The notes under the pieces were generated by a model that was not told the origin of the DNA, searched no databases, and saw only the letters and a program-made list of their open reading frames with translations. A program made the position numbers and the translations under genes. This document shows, in pieces, positions 36,361-51,355 of a stretch of DNA of 64,000 bases; position 1 is the first letter of the stretch; every line of letters begins with the position of its first letter. Source of the DNA: Tubulanus polymorphus. Lineage: Eukaryota; Animalia; Nemertea. The stretch lies in assembly GCF_964204645.1 (NCBI RefSeq), contig NC_134035.1, positions 7,029,101 through 7,093,100 of the forward strand, given 5' to 3'.

Positions 36361-38229
36361 GAATCGCCAGAATCCAAGGTTCAACTTGTCTGAAAGACTT
36401 TATATATATCTTATGTAAGAAATATCGTATCGATGTAATATGAATGAATAGATTGATTCATGCATTCTTTCATTTTTCATTTGATTCGATCATTCGTTTA
36501 TTCGTTCATTCGGGACTCTGGGATTACCTTTTAGCTTGAATTGACAACTGGTTATGGGTTCATAAAAGTTTGAACTGCAACGCATGCATTATTTGAAGAA
36601 ACTGAATAAGAACTTTGGTGGTTTTCTATTTCTGTAGTTGAATTAATCGAACTTTGAACTGATTACTTGTTAAAGAGCTAAGAGATCGATGTTGTCTTAC
36701 ATCGTTACATAAAATGTTACACACGGGGACTGGCTATCGGAATGGTTTTATTGTAGACGCGGACCAAGTTAGTGCAAGCTTTTGGATAGTTGTTATTAGA
36801 GTTTTCTGTTACATCACAGAAAACCCTATTGAGATTCGCGTGTTTCTTATTATTATTATTTTATGTCACCCTATTTTCGCTAAAAGAACTAAGGCTTTGT
36901 TACCTTGCCGCTGTTGTCGATACAATCCGTATGATATCGTTCAGCTCACTGAGATCTACAAATACATCGCGTATTTTTTCACGAATCATCGTTACAAAAG
37001 CACTGTCGGGCCTTAAACATCGAAAATTTAGCCCCATTCAATGGGGCGACATGTTTTTCGAGTCGTCATCCCGAAATCAACCCGCAGGCCGATTGTCACT
37101 TCAATTATCAATTCAAGTATGAATGAACGAATTTATTGCCGCAGTCCTCACATTCAGCCGCGGTCTTCAAACAGTGATTTTAACAATAGCCCATTTTCCT
37201 CATCAAATCATATTACCGATGCACAGGAAATCTACTACTTTAGATTTAAAAGCACTGTCGAGCCGTAAACATCGACGAATCGACGTGTGTCACTACATCG
37301 TCGTTCCGGGGATCAGCTGCGAGTTTCTCCTCATCATGAGAATCAAATCGAGTACAAATTAATTTATTACTACCAGTGATTTGGCTGCGGGTTTCAAGGA
37401 GTTAGTTTAACAATACCTATTTTTCTTTACCAAATTAACCGTGTATTTACTAAGATAAATCTTTAGTGTACGGGGGAGTCGTCGGCCCAATCTAAACACG
37501 CCGAAGAGATATAGCGGAGAAAAGCTGTTGTGTCGACGAGATATCAAAATAAAAGAATAAATTACTTTATTCGGCCGCGGGTTTCAACCTCTATATCAAT
37601 ACCATCAATACTCTATATTTCCTACAGTACATACCGATCATTGTCAAATGCACAATGTATTTACTAAATACCAGTATATAACACACTCCTATCCGTATGC
37701 TGGACACACACTTAACATTCGGAGTAAGCGTTCGCTGTGGGGGAAAGGAGGTCGTTCGCTGTGTCGCTTGACGTGTTTATCGAGTTTTACGCGGCTTTAG
37801 GCCTACCGGTACTGAGCTTTACTGTCTCAAACAAACACACTATAATTGTTGCGTTTATTAACGGACTCATTGGATTGAACTTCAAAGCAAAATTTACGAT
37901 ATTTAGGAGGGTCGTTATTCAATAGGCCTACTGGTCGTACTGTCCAGATGTTAGGCCTACGCATATACATAGGCCTACACAGGCTAGTAGCCTCTACTAG
38001 GTTAATGCTAAGTTCACTGTAAAGGAGGAATCAGATTTATTAAAATGCATGTTAATTAGTGATTAACTGGTTCTGACTTGCAACAATCAATCACAATTAT
38101 CAATTTTATTGCCAAAAATAAAGATTTTTTGGAAAATTTCGTCTGAGCAGACAGCTTAATAAGCCAAACTTTTCATTTGAGTTTTTTCATCATAAATGAA
38201 ACTGGTATTTCATTAATTCCTAATGACTT

Positions 38230-38870
38230 AAGCCGGGCGTAGGTCGGCCTTGCGACGGCTTGTGACTCACTGCGACGCCATTCACTACGACCGCCAGCGA
38301 CGATTGTGTCGCAACGACTCATCGACCTACGCTCCCTTGCGACGGGTTGCGACTTTCGGCAACGCCAGTCACAAGGAGTCGCAAGTGTTCTACCTGCGAC
38401 GCGACACTACTGTCACAACCAACCTAGGCGCTCTTGCGGCGGGCAGAAACTAGTCGCACACAGTAGCTGACAATCGTATCGCAACCGACTTGCACCGAAA
38501 CTTGCGATGCAACGCGAGAAAGGTTTTTCGTTCGAACAATTGTTCGATCGAACAGAATCGTTTTAATTTGAACAGAATTTTCTAGTCAGAACATTAAGTT
38601 TTTCGTTCGAACAAGTATATTGTAAAAAGTTTTTTCTCCGAACCAAAAGTATTAAGTATTTTGTTCAATTGAACAGAATTGTTTTCATTCAAACATTCGT
38701 TCGAAAAAATTGTTTTCGCTCAACCAAATTTTTTTTGCCGGGACAAAAAGTTTTTCATTTCAACAATAACATCAGCTTTCAGAATGAAGAAAAGTTTTGG
38801 TTCAAACAAAAAGCGTACTAGATTTTCTTGTCGGATCATTAAGTTTTTTGGTCGAACAGCGTGTTAAGGT
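38230..38870. repeat. Two adjacent degenerate short-motif repeat tracts (GCGAC/GTCGC-rich, then TTCGAACA-rich), probably MITE remnants
   Basis: Motif recurrence is visible directly. Confidence 0.45.
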
Positions 38871-38924
38871 CGTTTTGGAAATTTACTCGGTCTGGAATAT
38901 TTTGGATTACTGTGTATGTCAGGA

Positions 38925-39240
38925 CATTAAACAGAAGATGACTTAGGATACTACCTTGCGTGACTCCACTAGTTAGACCGACTTATTCCAAGATGAGGCG
39001 CTCCGTTGATTTCGGCTACAAGTTTTCGTTCAGAGATAATGCTGAGCCATTTCGGCAACCTATCATTGATACTGTTTCCTAATAGCCTTGTTTAGTAATG
39101 GCTGATGTTGTACCTTATCAAATGCTTTGTCGAAATCATAAAGAGTAATTATCGCCTAACAGTCGATTTTCCAGAGTCAATTAGGACATTTGGTCCAGTT
39201 ATCCATGGTTTCAAGTAGGTCTAATTGACTGTTTGTCGAG
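38925..39240 (-). pseudogene. Decayed non-LTR (CR1/L2/Jockey-like) reverse transcriptase fragment
   Basis: Minus strand YDFDKAFDKVQH..LLNK and SGVTQGSILSHLLFNV match the RT motifs DxxKAFDxV and GVPQGSILSPLLF. Confidence 0.75.
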
Positions 39241-42200
39241 CTTCCTCTTATAAAACTTTGTTAAACATTGAACAGGATTCTAAGACTGTGCAGAAAACCC
39301 GTTATCGCTGCTTTGCAGCTATATTTTGAATATTGAAGTGTCTTAGCAGAATCTATCATCACGTTTATAATTGCTAGATTACTTATCGGATTGTGTGGAA
39401 ATGATTTTGCATAGAAAAATTTACAGCTGAAAGAAAAAACGTGACTAACTCGAGTGACTTCAGGTGAAGAGAAGCGAACACGAAAATAGATAAGAGCCAC
39501 GATTTTTCTTTTTAAAATAATAAAGACATTAATCAAGATTAAGTTTCCTTCAAATGAAAATCCACTACGATCATCCGATAAAGTTTATTGCCACCATAGG
39601 CTACCGCCCCTGGCTCTTTGAAGCGACAGGGAACCAGTCTTCAATTCAGAATTTATTTTACAGAAAAGCGGTTTTTAAGTTTCAGATATTTAAACTGAAA
39701 AATATAAATGTTCATAAATAGATTTTACAAACGGCTGCTAACTAAGAACCCAAATGAAAGTAAAAGAAAATTAAAAGAATTTTTTAAAAACGTGAAAGTA
39801 AATGTTTCACTTGTGAAATTTTGTGTCAATAAAGAATGAATTGAATTGCCGGCAGCACTATGCCGCGCATGAATACCAATTTCAAGACTGATCACGTACG
39901 CTCAACCAAGTTTGGTATGCGCTGCTGAAATAACAAAAACGATTAAACAAAATCATAAAACAACGAAAACGACAACCGTTATAGCCAATATACGAAAGGA
40001 ACCTAGATTTTATTACTGCATTATGTGTGTAAATATCAGAGCCCAAGAAAGGTTCTAACGAAAGTAATCGACTCCCCAAGCAAGTTATCAATCCGTGTGA
40101 TAGCAATATGGGCTTTATTGTCAAAGAAGAATACTTTTATGACAAGTACATAATTAACAAAATTTAGTACAACGATGACGGGTAACCGCATACAAGGATA
40201 TGATGATATATGTGGATGTGGATATTGGTACGGATAGTAGAAAGAGGTCTTCTTTCTACTGTCCGTACAGGAAATGATAGATAACATTGTATCTTTAGAG
40301 TTATAAATCAACAGACTCGCGTTTGACTTTAACCCTATATAAGTATTGATGGAGGATGTTCATGCACATGATTTACTTAAAAATTTTACACATTTGGAAG
40401 TATTAGGATTACTGCGTATGTTTCTCGGAATAAATCTCTCCCGTTCTTCTCTGTAGAAAGGTCAGATTAGAAGTACATGAAATTCGTCTTCTACTACATT
40501 CATGTTACATTATTGACAAAGTCTCTCATTATATGGATTGGGGGGCGTGACCAACGCCCAGTTTCAACATGAAAAGTATGACTTGATCATCTGAATCTGG
40601 CAGCTGTTACTCTAGCTTGTTTTGGTAAATTAAGGTACGATTCATAGGAAATGGTTGTTTTGAAATTTCTATAAAATTTAGTTTTATTTGAATTATTGAT
40701 CCAGTTATACCATTTTTGTGAAAACTGGTCTTTAATGCGTTGCTCAATGGAGCTAAAAAACCCATAATTTATTATCTATCGATTGATTAAAAGGGGACAG
40801 ATTATTGAAATTATCAATTAGCAGACAGAAAATTGAAACCAAATTAATCAATTTCTTCAAATTATCAAAATAGATCAATGCATATTAAATTCATTAATTG
40901 AACAAAAACTAAAAACAACGAAATTATACCACGAATCCACGAAGCTGTTGACGAACCTTCCAGGCTGCTGACGATCTTCCAAAGGTTATAATTCACATAA
41001 TTCCATGACGCAAAAATACACACACTCAGTGACAGAGAGTCAGTTAGTCAGTTTTATAAAACAATGAACAAATTCACACGCTGAAAATCGGTCCGAATCG
41101 TACACGAAATTAAAACCATTCCCGCAGTCCATCCGAATTCCTAGCCGAAAGTCGAGTGCCAATAGAAAATCCATATCTCGCTAACCGTTACTGTTCACGA
41201 TCCAAAACATTAATAATCGTACATCCGCGATCTCCAGTCGCACTTTTAAAACAACCGTTCCAATACGGAAAACGTACCATCTCGGCTAACTACGTACAAC
41301 TACCGGTAACAGGTTACCGTACAGTTCTCAAAACTTCACAGATCTCCGCCACACCTGTAAAAATAGGCTGGAAATCAAATCAACGCCCAGGAGCTATCGC
41401 CGGAGACGATACGGATTAGTGACGTCTTCGTATCAATACTAGCACATTCCGATGAATGCTTTATTCGAATTCAATTATCGTTCTACTTAAAAAGAATCTG
41501 CGATTCGATACGCCTTTGAAATTCGATAAAATTCGATCTTGGATTTAAATCTTCAGATAACACTTAAATCCTCTACCGGGTCGGTAAAAGGGATAACTTA
41601 TGGCAAGTTTAAATTAAATATTGTCGGTTTCAGTCCACAAGCCGTGGACAAAAACTTTGAAATGGTATTTCAGAAGGTCTTTAGTTATGAACCCTGATCC
41701 CTTCGAAGAAGCTGTACGCTTGTGCACCCATGCACTCCTACAGGGACCCCCTGCAGGATGTTCCATGACTAACCACAATAGAAATTAAAATCTTACTTTC
41801 AATGAGGTGTCTCAGCAGGGAAAAATGGCTCAAAGTGATGGTATAAATTAGAATAAAAATTTAGAAAGGTAACTCAAAAGACTTATTTCAAAAATTGAAT
41901 GAAACGATTAAATCATTTCAATTCACTGCTGATCACTCAATTTAATCCCCGTAGAGCCCACGTTTCGAATTTTCTCGGAAAGTGTCAAATAAAAATGATG
42001 GATCACCGAGTCCTGCAAGTATTTCCTTTTTCATTGGTGAAAGTTTAGTCTACCGGAACTTCAGTGCAAATTACGGTTGCAGACCTGCTCTTAGACACCC
42101 TGACTTTGTGATTCATAGACTTCACATTTAAAAAGTAAAACTAGCGTCATAATGTGCAACATATTATAGTGATAAGCAATAGACGATCTTTAATTATAAA

Positions 42201-43574
42201 ACATCGTAAATACAAACGTACCGGTAATTGAGTCGTAACCCGATAATTCATTGCCACCGCGGTAAAACGTGCGTAGGCCCTAATGACCACGCGTCAGGGA
42301 TTGCATATTTGAAATTAAGCTTTTTTGTTCAGATTTGTTACACAATGGGCCCGTTATTTTCTTGTCACGTGATGATCACCCATCTTTCATCAATCGGTCA
42401 TCCCTGTTTGTCTGTTCCATGTTATTTTTTTGTGATGATACTACGAACAAAACTATACCCACCCTTCTGAACCTACTAAAGCCATAATCACACGGAGTGG
42501 ATTTGGCCCCATTCAAATTGGCCCACATCGGATCAAAATCTACTTCAGCCCATGCCTGATTTAGGGAGTGCGCTGACAACAAACCAATCATTCGATACTA
42601 TGAAAACAAAGCAGTGACTAAGTGATCGAGTTACTTTTGAAACCAGGATAGCGTTCAACAATCACACGTTATGAATTGACCTGTGTCTAAATTTGGCGCA
42701 GGCCTGGTCCGATATTTTTGTCGAGCTAGAAGTGCTCGTGTGATCACGGACTTATAAATCTGATTTCAGTGTCTTTGTCAGCATACTTCGTAGTAGGTAG
42801 CCTGCATATCTTGTACGGCACATGTTATACTTATTTATATTTATGTATGGATATCATGTTATAAATTGTTTCAATTTCTTTGAAAAATAAAGATTATTAT
42901 ATTATATTGTATTATATTATATTAGATTTTTCCAAACTTGACTCAGTGCACAGATGTACGCATTATACAATTCCTCATGAGAAGGGCATATCAAATTGGA
43001 CGTAAATTATTTCCTGTTTTAGAATGTAATGGGCCTATGTTCTTTCAAATAGCCTATAGGGCCTATGAGTAAGGAAAAAATCGGTGAAAATTTTAGAACT
43101 GTTAAGATTAATTGGTTGTAACTTTTAAAACTAAGACGATTTCATCAACTAAACAACGATTCTATTTACAATAATATTCCGTATGCGTTAACACCTTGCT
43201 TGAGAAGGCTTACCCATTCTTTCATTTGTATTTCATGTTACACATGCGTAGATCGGGTAGAATATCTTCGGTAACCCGCCAAAAGACCCGTTTCTTTCTA
43301 AACAATCATTAATTTTGAAGACCATCGACAAGTAACAAAATTGATGATGTTTAATGATTTAACCCCTTTATGATATAACATGCAAAGGTTCCAGCTAGAA
43401 TTGTCAATAGCAAGCGGAACGAATTCAACACTAAGATTTCGATTCAGAAAAATACGAACCTCTTCAAGTTATCAGTACTTTCACATCTCAAAATCCCTTG
43501 AAATACTTGAAGCGCTGCTGTTATCATCTCATCTGAAATATCATCTCATCTCACATTTAGATTAAAGATGATCA

Positions 43575-44580
43575 TTTTTAGCCCACTTGGGACTTTAGTC
43601 CCTGCGGGCTATTGCGTTCACTTTTCGTCCGTTGTCCGTCCGTCCGTAGACGGAATCCAGTTATTTTGGTAATTTTTGAAGACGCTTCAATGTAATGTCT
43701 TGATATTTGTGTTACACATGTATTTACCCTAGACACATGTTCAGCCCAAAAAACTGGCCCTGTCAGAGTGAAGATGGCCGAATGGCAGCCATTAGCTTCC
43801 TACTGGTTTGCCATTTCTCATTGCAATTTGTGATGGGTATTCTTAGGAAAGGGATGTTTTATACCTGAGACAGGTATTTTTGATCAGCCAATTATGACGC
43901 AATTGGCGGCCATCTTGGTGTCATCAGCACTCATTCGTAGGTAGGAAAAAGTTTTTCCACATTATATTGATACCTAAGCATATTTTGTAACCACAATCAA
44001 TTGCAAAGTTGTGGCTCATGACATCGTCTATGATTGTCGTGGGTTTTAAGGACATTAGTTATTCTATATAGTCACCAGGGGGCGTTGAATAGTAGAATAA
44101 CTTAGTATTTCCTTTAGTTATTAGATTGGTACCTCGGCATATTTTGTTATCTTGATCAATTGCAAAATTGTAGTTCATGACATTTTCTATGATTGTGGTG
44201 AGTTTCAAGGTCATTGGGTTTTGTATATGGTCATCGGGGGCGTTGATTAGTAGAATTATTTAGTATTACCATATTAAATTGGTAACGAGGCATATTTTGT
44301 TATCACAATCAATTACAAAATCGTAGTATGATTGTTCTATGATTGTGGTGATTTTCAAGGTCATTGGTTTTCAAATACAGCCGCACAGTAAAAATGGTCA
44401 TTAACAAACTGTTTCCAAATTTTCACTATTTTGACGCGACCTTAACATTTCAAATGCATTCGTCTGATTAGAAAATGATAATTCGCAAATGGTCAACTAC
44501 CATGTATTTAGCAAAATCATAAGTAATGGGAAAGTTAAGAGCAAATTTCCGATCTGATTCTGAGCCATTCAGGCTATAAA
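43575..44580 (+). mobile_element. Second HINE/DINE-1-like element, 3' hairpin missing
   Basis: TTTTT-AGCCCAC..GGGACT-tt-AGTCCC..GCGGGCT 5' stem, (GTCC)n microsatellite, then ~3 tandem ~155-bp units (43960-44370). Confidence 0.6.
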
Positions 44581-44632
44581 CATTTAGGATATAAATACAA
44601 ATATAATATATTCATTAAACTACCAGAGTATT

Positions 44633-44782
44633 CACACACACGCACGCACGCACGCACTCACGCACCCACGCACCCACACACTCACACACACACCCACACA
44701 CACACACACTCACACACACACATACACACACATACATACATACACACATACACACACACACAAACACACACATACATACATA
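44633..44782. repeat. Compound (CA)n/(CACG)n/(CATA)n microsatellite
   Basis: Visible directly. Confidence 0.95.
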
Positions 44783-45391
44783 CTTGATTTCGTTTCGGGT
44801 ATTATTTCTACGCATTTTAATTTTGTGTTTAATTTTTTTAATTTCGATGTGGGTTTGTGGACAGTTGTGCCGGTGTCCTTTTGACTGATTTCTGGCGGGA
44901 AACGGTGCATGCTTGGCTCGAATTGTTAGCGTCGCGCTACGGGACATGTCAAGGTCGTGTGGAGACCCGATAAGAAAAGGTTGGAGTGTATGGTAAGTCT
45001 TCTAGTTCATGTTATATTTTACAACCTTGTTGGTAATTTCGAAGCTGATATACTTCGCAAGTGAATGGTAAATCGGCAGTCGTCACGGCGGTACTTGCTT
45101 TAACAATACTGCTGCGCTCAGGCAGCAAATCATAATTCTGTAAATCGGTATATATAGTAGAGCGATGTCTAGGGTTTTTAGATGACCTACTGGGTGCGAT
45201 AATTACTTACAACGAGTTTATACAAGGGAGTATTGTAATGGAGTTTTTAAAGCTCCCAGTGTGTACATAAATGAATAGCTAATATCCTACGAACAAAGCG
45301 TCACATTGGTTTGAGCAATAATGTTTCGATTCATTGTGTCAACACATTTTCATTTTTTCCTGTTTCGTCACTTTTAATCATTTCAGTCACC

Positions 45392-48300
45392 ATGGGAATG
45401 TTTAAATTAATCGGCTATTTGGTGGTTCTACTGATATGTTTTGTAATCGGGTCTGTTATATATATGGCAACTGTAGGACCTCTACGCGTACCGGCAGTTC
45501 CTGCGATCAAAACAGGATATTGGGGACGAGACAGAACCAAGCCAAAGCTTGACGACGAAAAAATTACGCAAATCAAAATTACGTTTTCCGATGATCGATT
45601 GAACGATTTGAAATCACGTCTAGCGCAGACGTATTTCTTCGAAAGCTTGGAGAATAACAATTTTAACTATGGTTTTCGCAACGAGAAATTGCGTGAAGTC
45701 GTTAAATATTGGAACGAAATATTCGACTGGAGAAAACAAGAAAAAATGTTGAACAGTTACAATCACTTTAAAACGCAAATAGAAGGAATTTCCGTTCACT
45801 TTGTGCACATTAAATCAAAACCAAAAGCAGGTGTGTAATCTTTCAAATTTCAATAATGATACTCAAACTTATTATTTTTATCTCCAGCCATATCTGAATG
45901 CGAATTGTGTTGAATATAACGATAATGCTTGAACTTCGTAAGAACCTGATAACGATGTTTAGTTTAGTACGATTTTGAAACCAGCTTCTAGTTTTATAGA
46001 CTGGCTATCACAATTGATTTAACCTTGAATTATGACGACTAACTACCATGGTAACAGCGTGGCTGAAGGTTCGGAGAAAAATCTGATCGCTTTAAGTGTT
46101 GCATTAATTCTATATGATTTTAGGACAGACCGCAATTCCTTTGATGATGGTTCACGGCTGGCCAGGGTCATTTTATGAATTCTACAAAACCATACCCTTA
46201 CTACTGACACAGGCTAATGAGAGCACAGATTATGTTTTTGATATCGTTCTTCCATCCATTCCGGGTTACGGCTATTCAGAGGCCCCGCATCAAAAAGGTG
46301 TGTACCACTTTGATTCCGTTCATTTTCCCCAAACCAGTGCTAGGTGTGTTTAAATTCAATCAATGGTTTTGCAGGTTTTGATGCTAGTGATGCAGCCCGC
46401 GTCTTACAGAACCTGATGAAAAGATTAGGTTACGAACGTTTCTATATTCAAGGTGGTGATTGGGGTAGTATTATCGTCACAAATATGGCCGCTATGTACC
46501 CTGAGTAAATATTTGCTCTTTTAGATATCTTTGGGGTCGGTTCTATTAGAAATAGAATGACTTGCCTTTACGTTTGTTAAACTGTATTAGTAGGCCTAAC
46601 GCCCGCTGGGTTTTTCATAGCGAATAGTTGTTCAATTGTATGGATAGATGGCGCTTGGGTTCGGTTGACGTTTCTTAGATGTGCATGTGTGCATGTGTGC
46701 GCGTGTGGTGTGTATTTCACTTCGTCGCTGTAGCCAAAAGCATTTCCTGTTTGAGTTCAACTATTAAACTCTATGCAAGAAATTGAATAACAATGAAAAG
46801 TTTCTATTACTAAAATTAAAATTAAACCTTAAATGATGATAGTATTTCTCCATTACTGTATCTTGACCTTGTGGAGACACTGCACTGATTCAATTCTGCA
46901 AATATAGGGTGGGGCTACCGACTTCGATTATTGGGACAAATCAATTCAATGAATATAAATTGCTTCCAAGTCTAAACAATTAACGAAGAAAACCCGTTAT
47001 CAAAAAACAATTATTTTGAGATTTTAGCTTGATGTTTGCGGGTACGTGATAGCTAACAGTCTGAAGTTGATTTCTTTCAAGGACTTGGCTTGCTAGGCCC
47101 GGGCATTTTGTCCATGGGGGACCCTGATTTTAAAAAGCATGAGGGCTTAGCCGTTAAACTGACAAGAGGAGTCCTCATTTGACTTCTGACTTTTATAAAC
47201 CTTAAAACTACTCATAAGATGATGTATATATAATTTGATATATCATGAGACATTTCGCAAAATGCAGTGGTTTATCTTTAAAGAATAAAAAAGATGGGGG
47301 CCGCCTAAAATGTAGAAAATACATACTGGCATGCTGGCATTCCCTTAAAATCCGATCTACGATGATTCTTAGTCTTTTTCAGTTCGGTGAAAGGAATTCA
47401 TACAAATATGCACGGTGGTGCCTTTTCGACAGCTTCTGTTGTCAGACAAGTGATCACATGGCTTTTCCCCTCGCTCGTACTTGGGCCTGAAGAACCAGCG
47501 TATAGCAGCATCTTTTCACGTTTGCCAGAAATGGGTTACGCCATTATTCAAGCCACAAAACCAGATACAGTCGGTGAGAAGTTAATCAGGCTTAACTCGT
47601 ATTCTCTATGGTCTTATCAATGTAACGAGGAAAAATTGCTCGGCGCGGCAAATACTTTCTAAAAAATGGCTACCATTATACGTCTCGATTGTCTGGTTTG
47701 ATTCATTAAACGCAATTAACTTACTCATTTACAAACGAATTAGATATTGTAACGACGAAGTTTGGGAGGTATCGTTGGAAGAGTTTTATTTTATCTTGTC
47801 AAAAGATTTTTTATCACTTAAGGCGCTGCGTTAGTTGACTCACCGGCTGGTCTGGCCGCGTACATCCTCGAAAAGTTTTCTTCGTGGACTAATATGGACA
47901 ATCGTGATCATGAAGACGGTCGTGTTACACAAAAGTTTACCATGGACGAACTGCTGACAAATATTATGATTTATTGGACTAGCGGAAACATCACTCCTTC
48001 ACTTCGCTTCTACAAAGAATACATTCTATCATTAACTGGGGACAGCGCTGGGTCGACCGTCAAAGACTGGTTGCAGTGAGTAATTTTAGTATCATTTACT
48101 TGTTTTTGATATCACAATGAATGCTCCATGTATATACATGTCATACCGGTTCAATTTTGATTGGAAATTGTATCTAAAAAATGTGCCGATATTTTCTGTC
48201 TTGATTTCGGTGTGTTTGTTTTCCCAGTGTACCGGTTACCGTACCCGCTGCTTTCGCCTCATTTCCGAATGAATTCATACACACTCCAATCTACGTTACG

Positions 48301-48574
48301 AAGCTCAAGTTTATCAATTTGATTCAGGTATGTTTTCAAAGTCTACATTGCGACCTATACGATTCAGAGCTAAGAATCATGTTATTAACTGAATATTAAG
48401 GGAAAAAGATCCGACCTTTATGGTTTTGGGTTACAGGTCAGCTACATGCCAAGGGGTGGACATTTTGCTGCTTTCGAAGAACCGAAATTGGTTGCTGACG
48501 ATGTTAGAAAGTTCATAATGAGCGTCGAGACAGAAGCGAAGAAGAGAACAACCAATCAGAAAAAAGAATTATAA
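45392..48574 (+). CDS. EPHX1: Microsomal epoxide hydrolase (EPHX1/JHEH family); 7 coding exons approx. 45392-45830, 46123-46297, 46375-46504, 47382-47573, 47823-48075, 48228-48327, 48437-48574
   Basis: N-terminal anchor; YWG, RL..T and [22 protein letters not shown]; oxyanion [10 protein letters not shown]; PSIPGYGYS; nucleophile QGGDWG; [10 protein letters not shown]; SLRFYKE; FPNE; [10 protein letters not shown]; GT-AG introns. Confidence 0.95.
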
Positions 48575-51355
48575 GCACATATCATCGAACCTTCGTATTT
48601 GTGCCTTGATAATCAAAATAAGCTCACAGGACTATCAAATTTTAAAGTGACTTTTATCTATATAAATTAAATCCGCATTTTTGGTCACCGTGACCAATCA
48701 TACGCTATCTGCAGAGTTAGTTTATATGAATTCATCATCAACGGCGGAATTTATGTACCGTACAAATGCACAACGTTCACGTTCATGTTTTGTCAGAGAC
48801 TGTTGTTGCGGTTGTCGTAATTTCAAGATTTCAACGACTGTTTACCTACTTTGAGAGTGCAAATATATACGTCAGTGATATGGTATATATGATATTTAGA
48901 TTGTACCAGTTGATTAGAAATTTGATATTCGCTTTATGATATATGTATTACTGTGATCTCGAATCGACGTCATAATCGTGTCGACCATAAATAAACGAAT
49001 TCCATAGTTGAAGATTTTATATAGAATTGCGTACGATACATAATGAAAGATGAATCTTTATTACTGATGATCTTTTGCCCGTGGCTATTTTACATTTAAA
49101 ACATTTTTTTTCGAATATTCAGAATAAAACATAAACACCGTTATTCGAAAGCGTATATCTGTATTTCATATTGTTTCGGATGTGGATCCAGCTGCGCGGA
49201 TAGTTCATACGCTTGGCAACTCTCATGATTGTAGTCATGCTTTTTCCAAACGACACGCCCTCGTTAACTTAAGCGTGTAGTAGATAATCTATCATTCAGA
49301 GATAAACGCGAACTCCCTTCTTGATCTATTGTTGTCAAAAAATCGATTCTGAGCCCTGTCGTGAATGCATAGTTCTAACTCACTGTGTTTCTACGGAGGT
49401 ATGTACAAAATGTACAACTTATATGTTGACGGTTAAACATTAACTGATTCCCTTAGCGTTCGAATTGGTTATTGCATTAACTTCCCCCGTTGTTCATTAG
49501 TGCGTTGTGTTTGTATGAAGTTTATTTGTATATAAACGTAAAACGTCGATGCCGTAGTTCTGTTCCAACGCGTCTATGCAGCGGCTGATACGTTGTCGCC
49601 ATAGAAACTGCATTACCGTCCGTCGCGACAGTCGTATTGAGATCCAGTGTTGTTTCGGGTAAAGCACAGTGATCGTTACGATGGTTGTACGATGAGTCTT
49701 GTTTGGACATAGCTGCAGGTGAGATAAACTTAATCTTTTATATTCGCATATTAGGACCATTAGGTGTAGGGCCGAGTTAATTTTTGCAGTAGATTTAAAT
49801 GCACAGACGTTTTAATCGATAACCCCAATCGTTTTCATCCAATGGGGAAAAAGCATTAACAGTAAACAATCAAAAACCCTACGTTTCGGTATGTTACTAT
49901 TTCTAGCTGTCGAGCGCAGGATTTGTCGTGGAGATCAAATTCACTGCAACATGCGATACCTTCGTATCAAGACGAAAAGTAAAGTTCAAGTGTAAAGGCA
50001 TACTCGTTTTGCAAAGAAATCCGGTCCCATCAAGACGCATAATCACTTTGTGGTTCGACACCCCTAAAATTGACAGTCTTCAAACATACGTGAGGCCGAG
50101 ACTAAAGAATCGGAATCCTTTTAACTAGACCGATTCTTTCTAATGAGTCTCCTCGGATCATAAAAAAATCCCAAAACAATACATACTTTATTGAATCTTT
50201 TAATATGACTGCTATACACATGTATCTATATACATATATGCGCACTACGTGCATATACAACACTCGTGTTTATCCTGTGTTTGCCCAGCATCTAACGGCC
50301 TAGCAGGCCCAATAAAGTGAATCACGTTTTAACGAATATATCAGTTTTTCTATGAATAAATTCAGCTCTGTATGCAACGAATATCTAGTTAATGTAGCCT
50401 TCATAGCATCTAACGTAAATCTATAGCTTCATCTGAATTCGCATATTTCAAACCAGTTTCCTACAACAATAGTAGCCAAACAAGGTGTGGTCTATGGTTT
50501 GTGAATCATAATCATTTAACGGGTAGCACTCTGCCTGACTGAGAGCGATGCAATGGCAACATCAGGTGAATCATATTTCACTTATCTCATCGATTTTAAG
50601 CTTATTTTGGAAGAGCACTGCATTATTTCTATAAAATGAATGCGAAACTAACGTGCATTGCTATATACTGTAGTATATTTCCACGTACGTTTGTCGGTTT
50701 GTAATATATATTCATATATACTCAATATGCAAACTACGCAAACCCCGACCTAAAATTGAATATTGAGTTTTAGGCATCTGTCACCAACCAGTTTTTAAAA
50801 CCGACCAAGCACGCAGTAATGGCAGCCTGGTACCCGTGCGACACTCGTATGTTTAATGAAATTATGCGGCACAGTGCTAGATCATAGCCTAGTACGTATA
50901 ACATGAAGGTGTAAACATACTAGCAGGGATCGGTTGGAATGAATAATTCTTAAGCTGCGATGTGTCGTATGGAATAACGATAGTATCGAATGTGATTATT
51001 CAAAGCATTACGTTAAAAACAAGAGGTTCGTTTTAATAATAAAGTTAACTGTTTCAGTCTGATTTGAAAAATATTTTTGATCCTAATTATCGAATTTTAA
51101 ATTCCGAACTGTGGAACTGGGCGGCGCCCTCAGCAGGTAAACAAAATCAGCGCAATGTTTCTCGAGTAAATTGATGGTTATATGCGTGGCGATTTAGCGA
51201 TAACCGTAATAACCAATTATGATAATTTTTAGTGATTCAACTCACAACTCTAGCCCATCCAAAATGAACGTTATGGCTTCGATTTTCAAACGACAACTAA
51301 ATGCTAGTATATGCGATTATTTTTTCAGTATCTATAGTGCGCAAATACGATTAGA

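Noticed and set aside
40900-42700. Possible decayed LTR-retrotransposon remnant (gag-like LVMNPDPFEEAVRLC)
   Set aside because: Too degraded; no LTR pair, TSD or catalytic motif could be confirmed by eye.
44615-44947. Cys/Val-rich ORFs
   Set aside because: Translation of the CA microsatellite.
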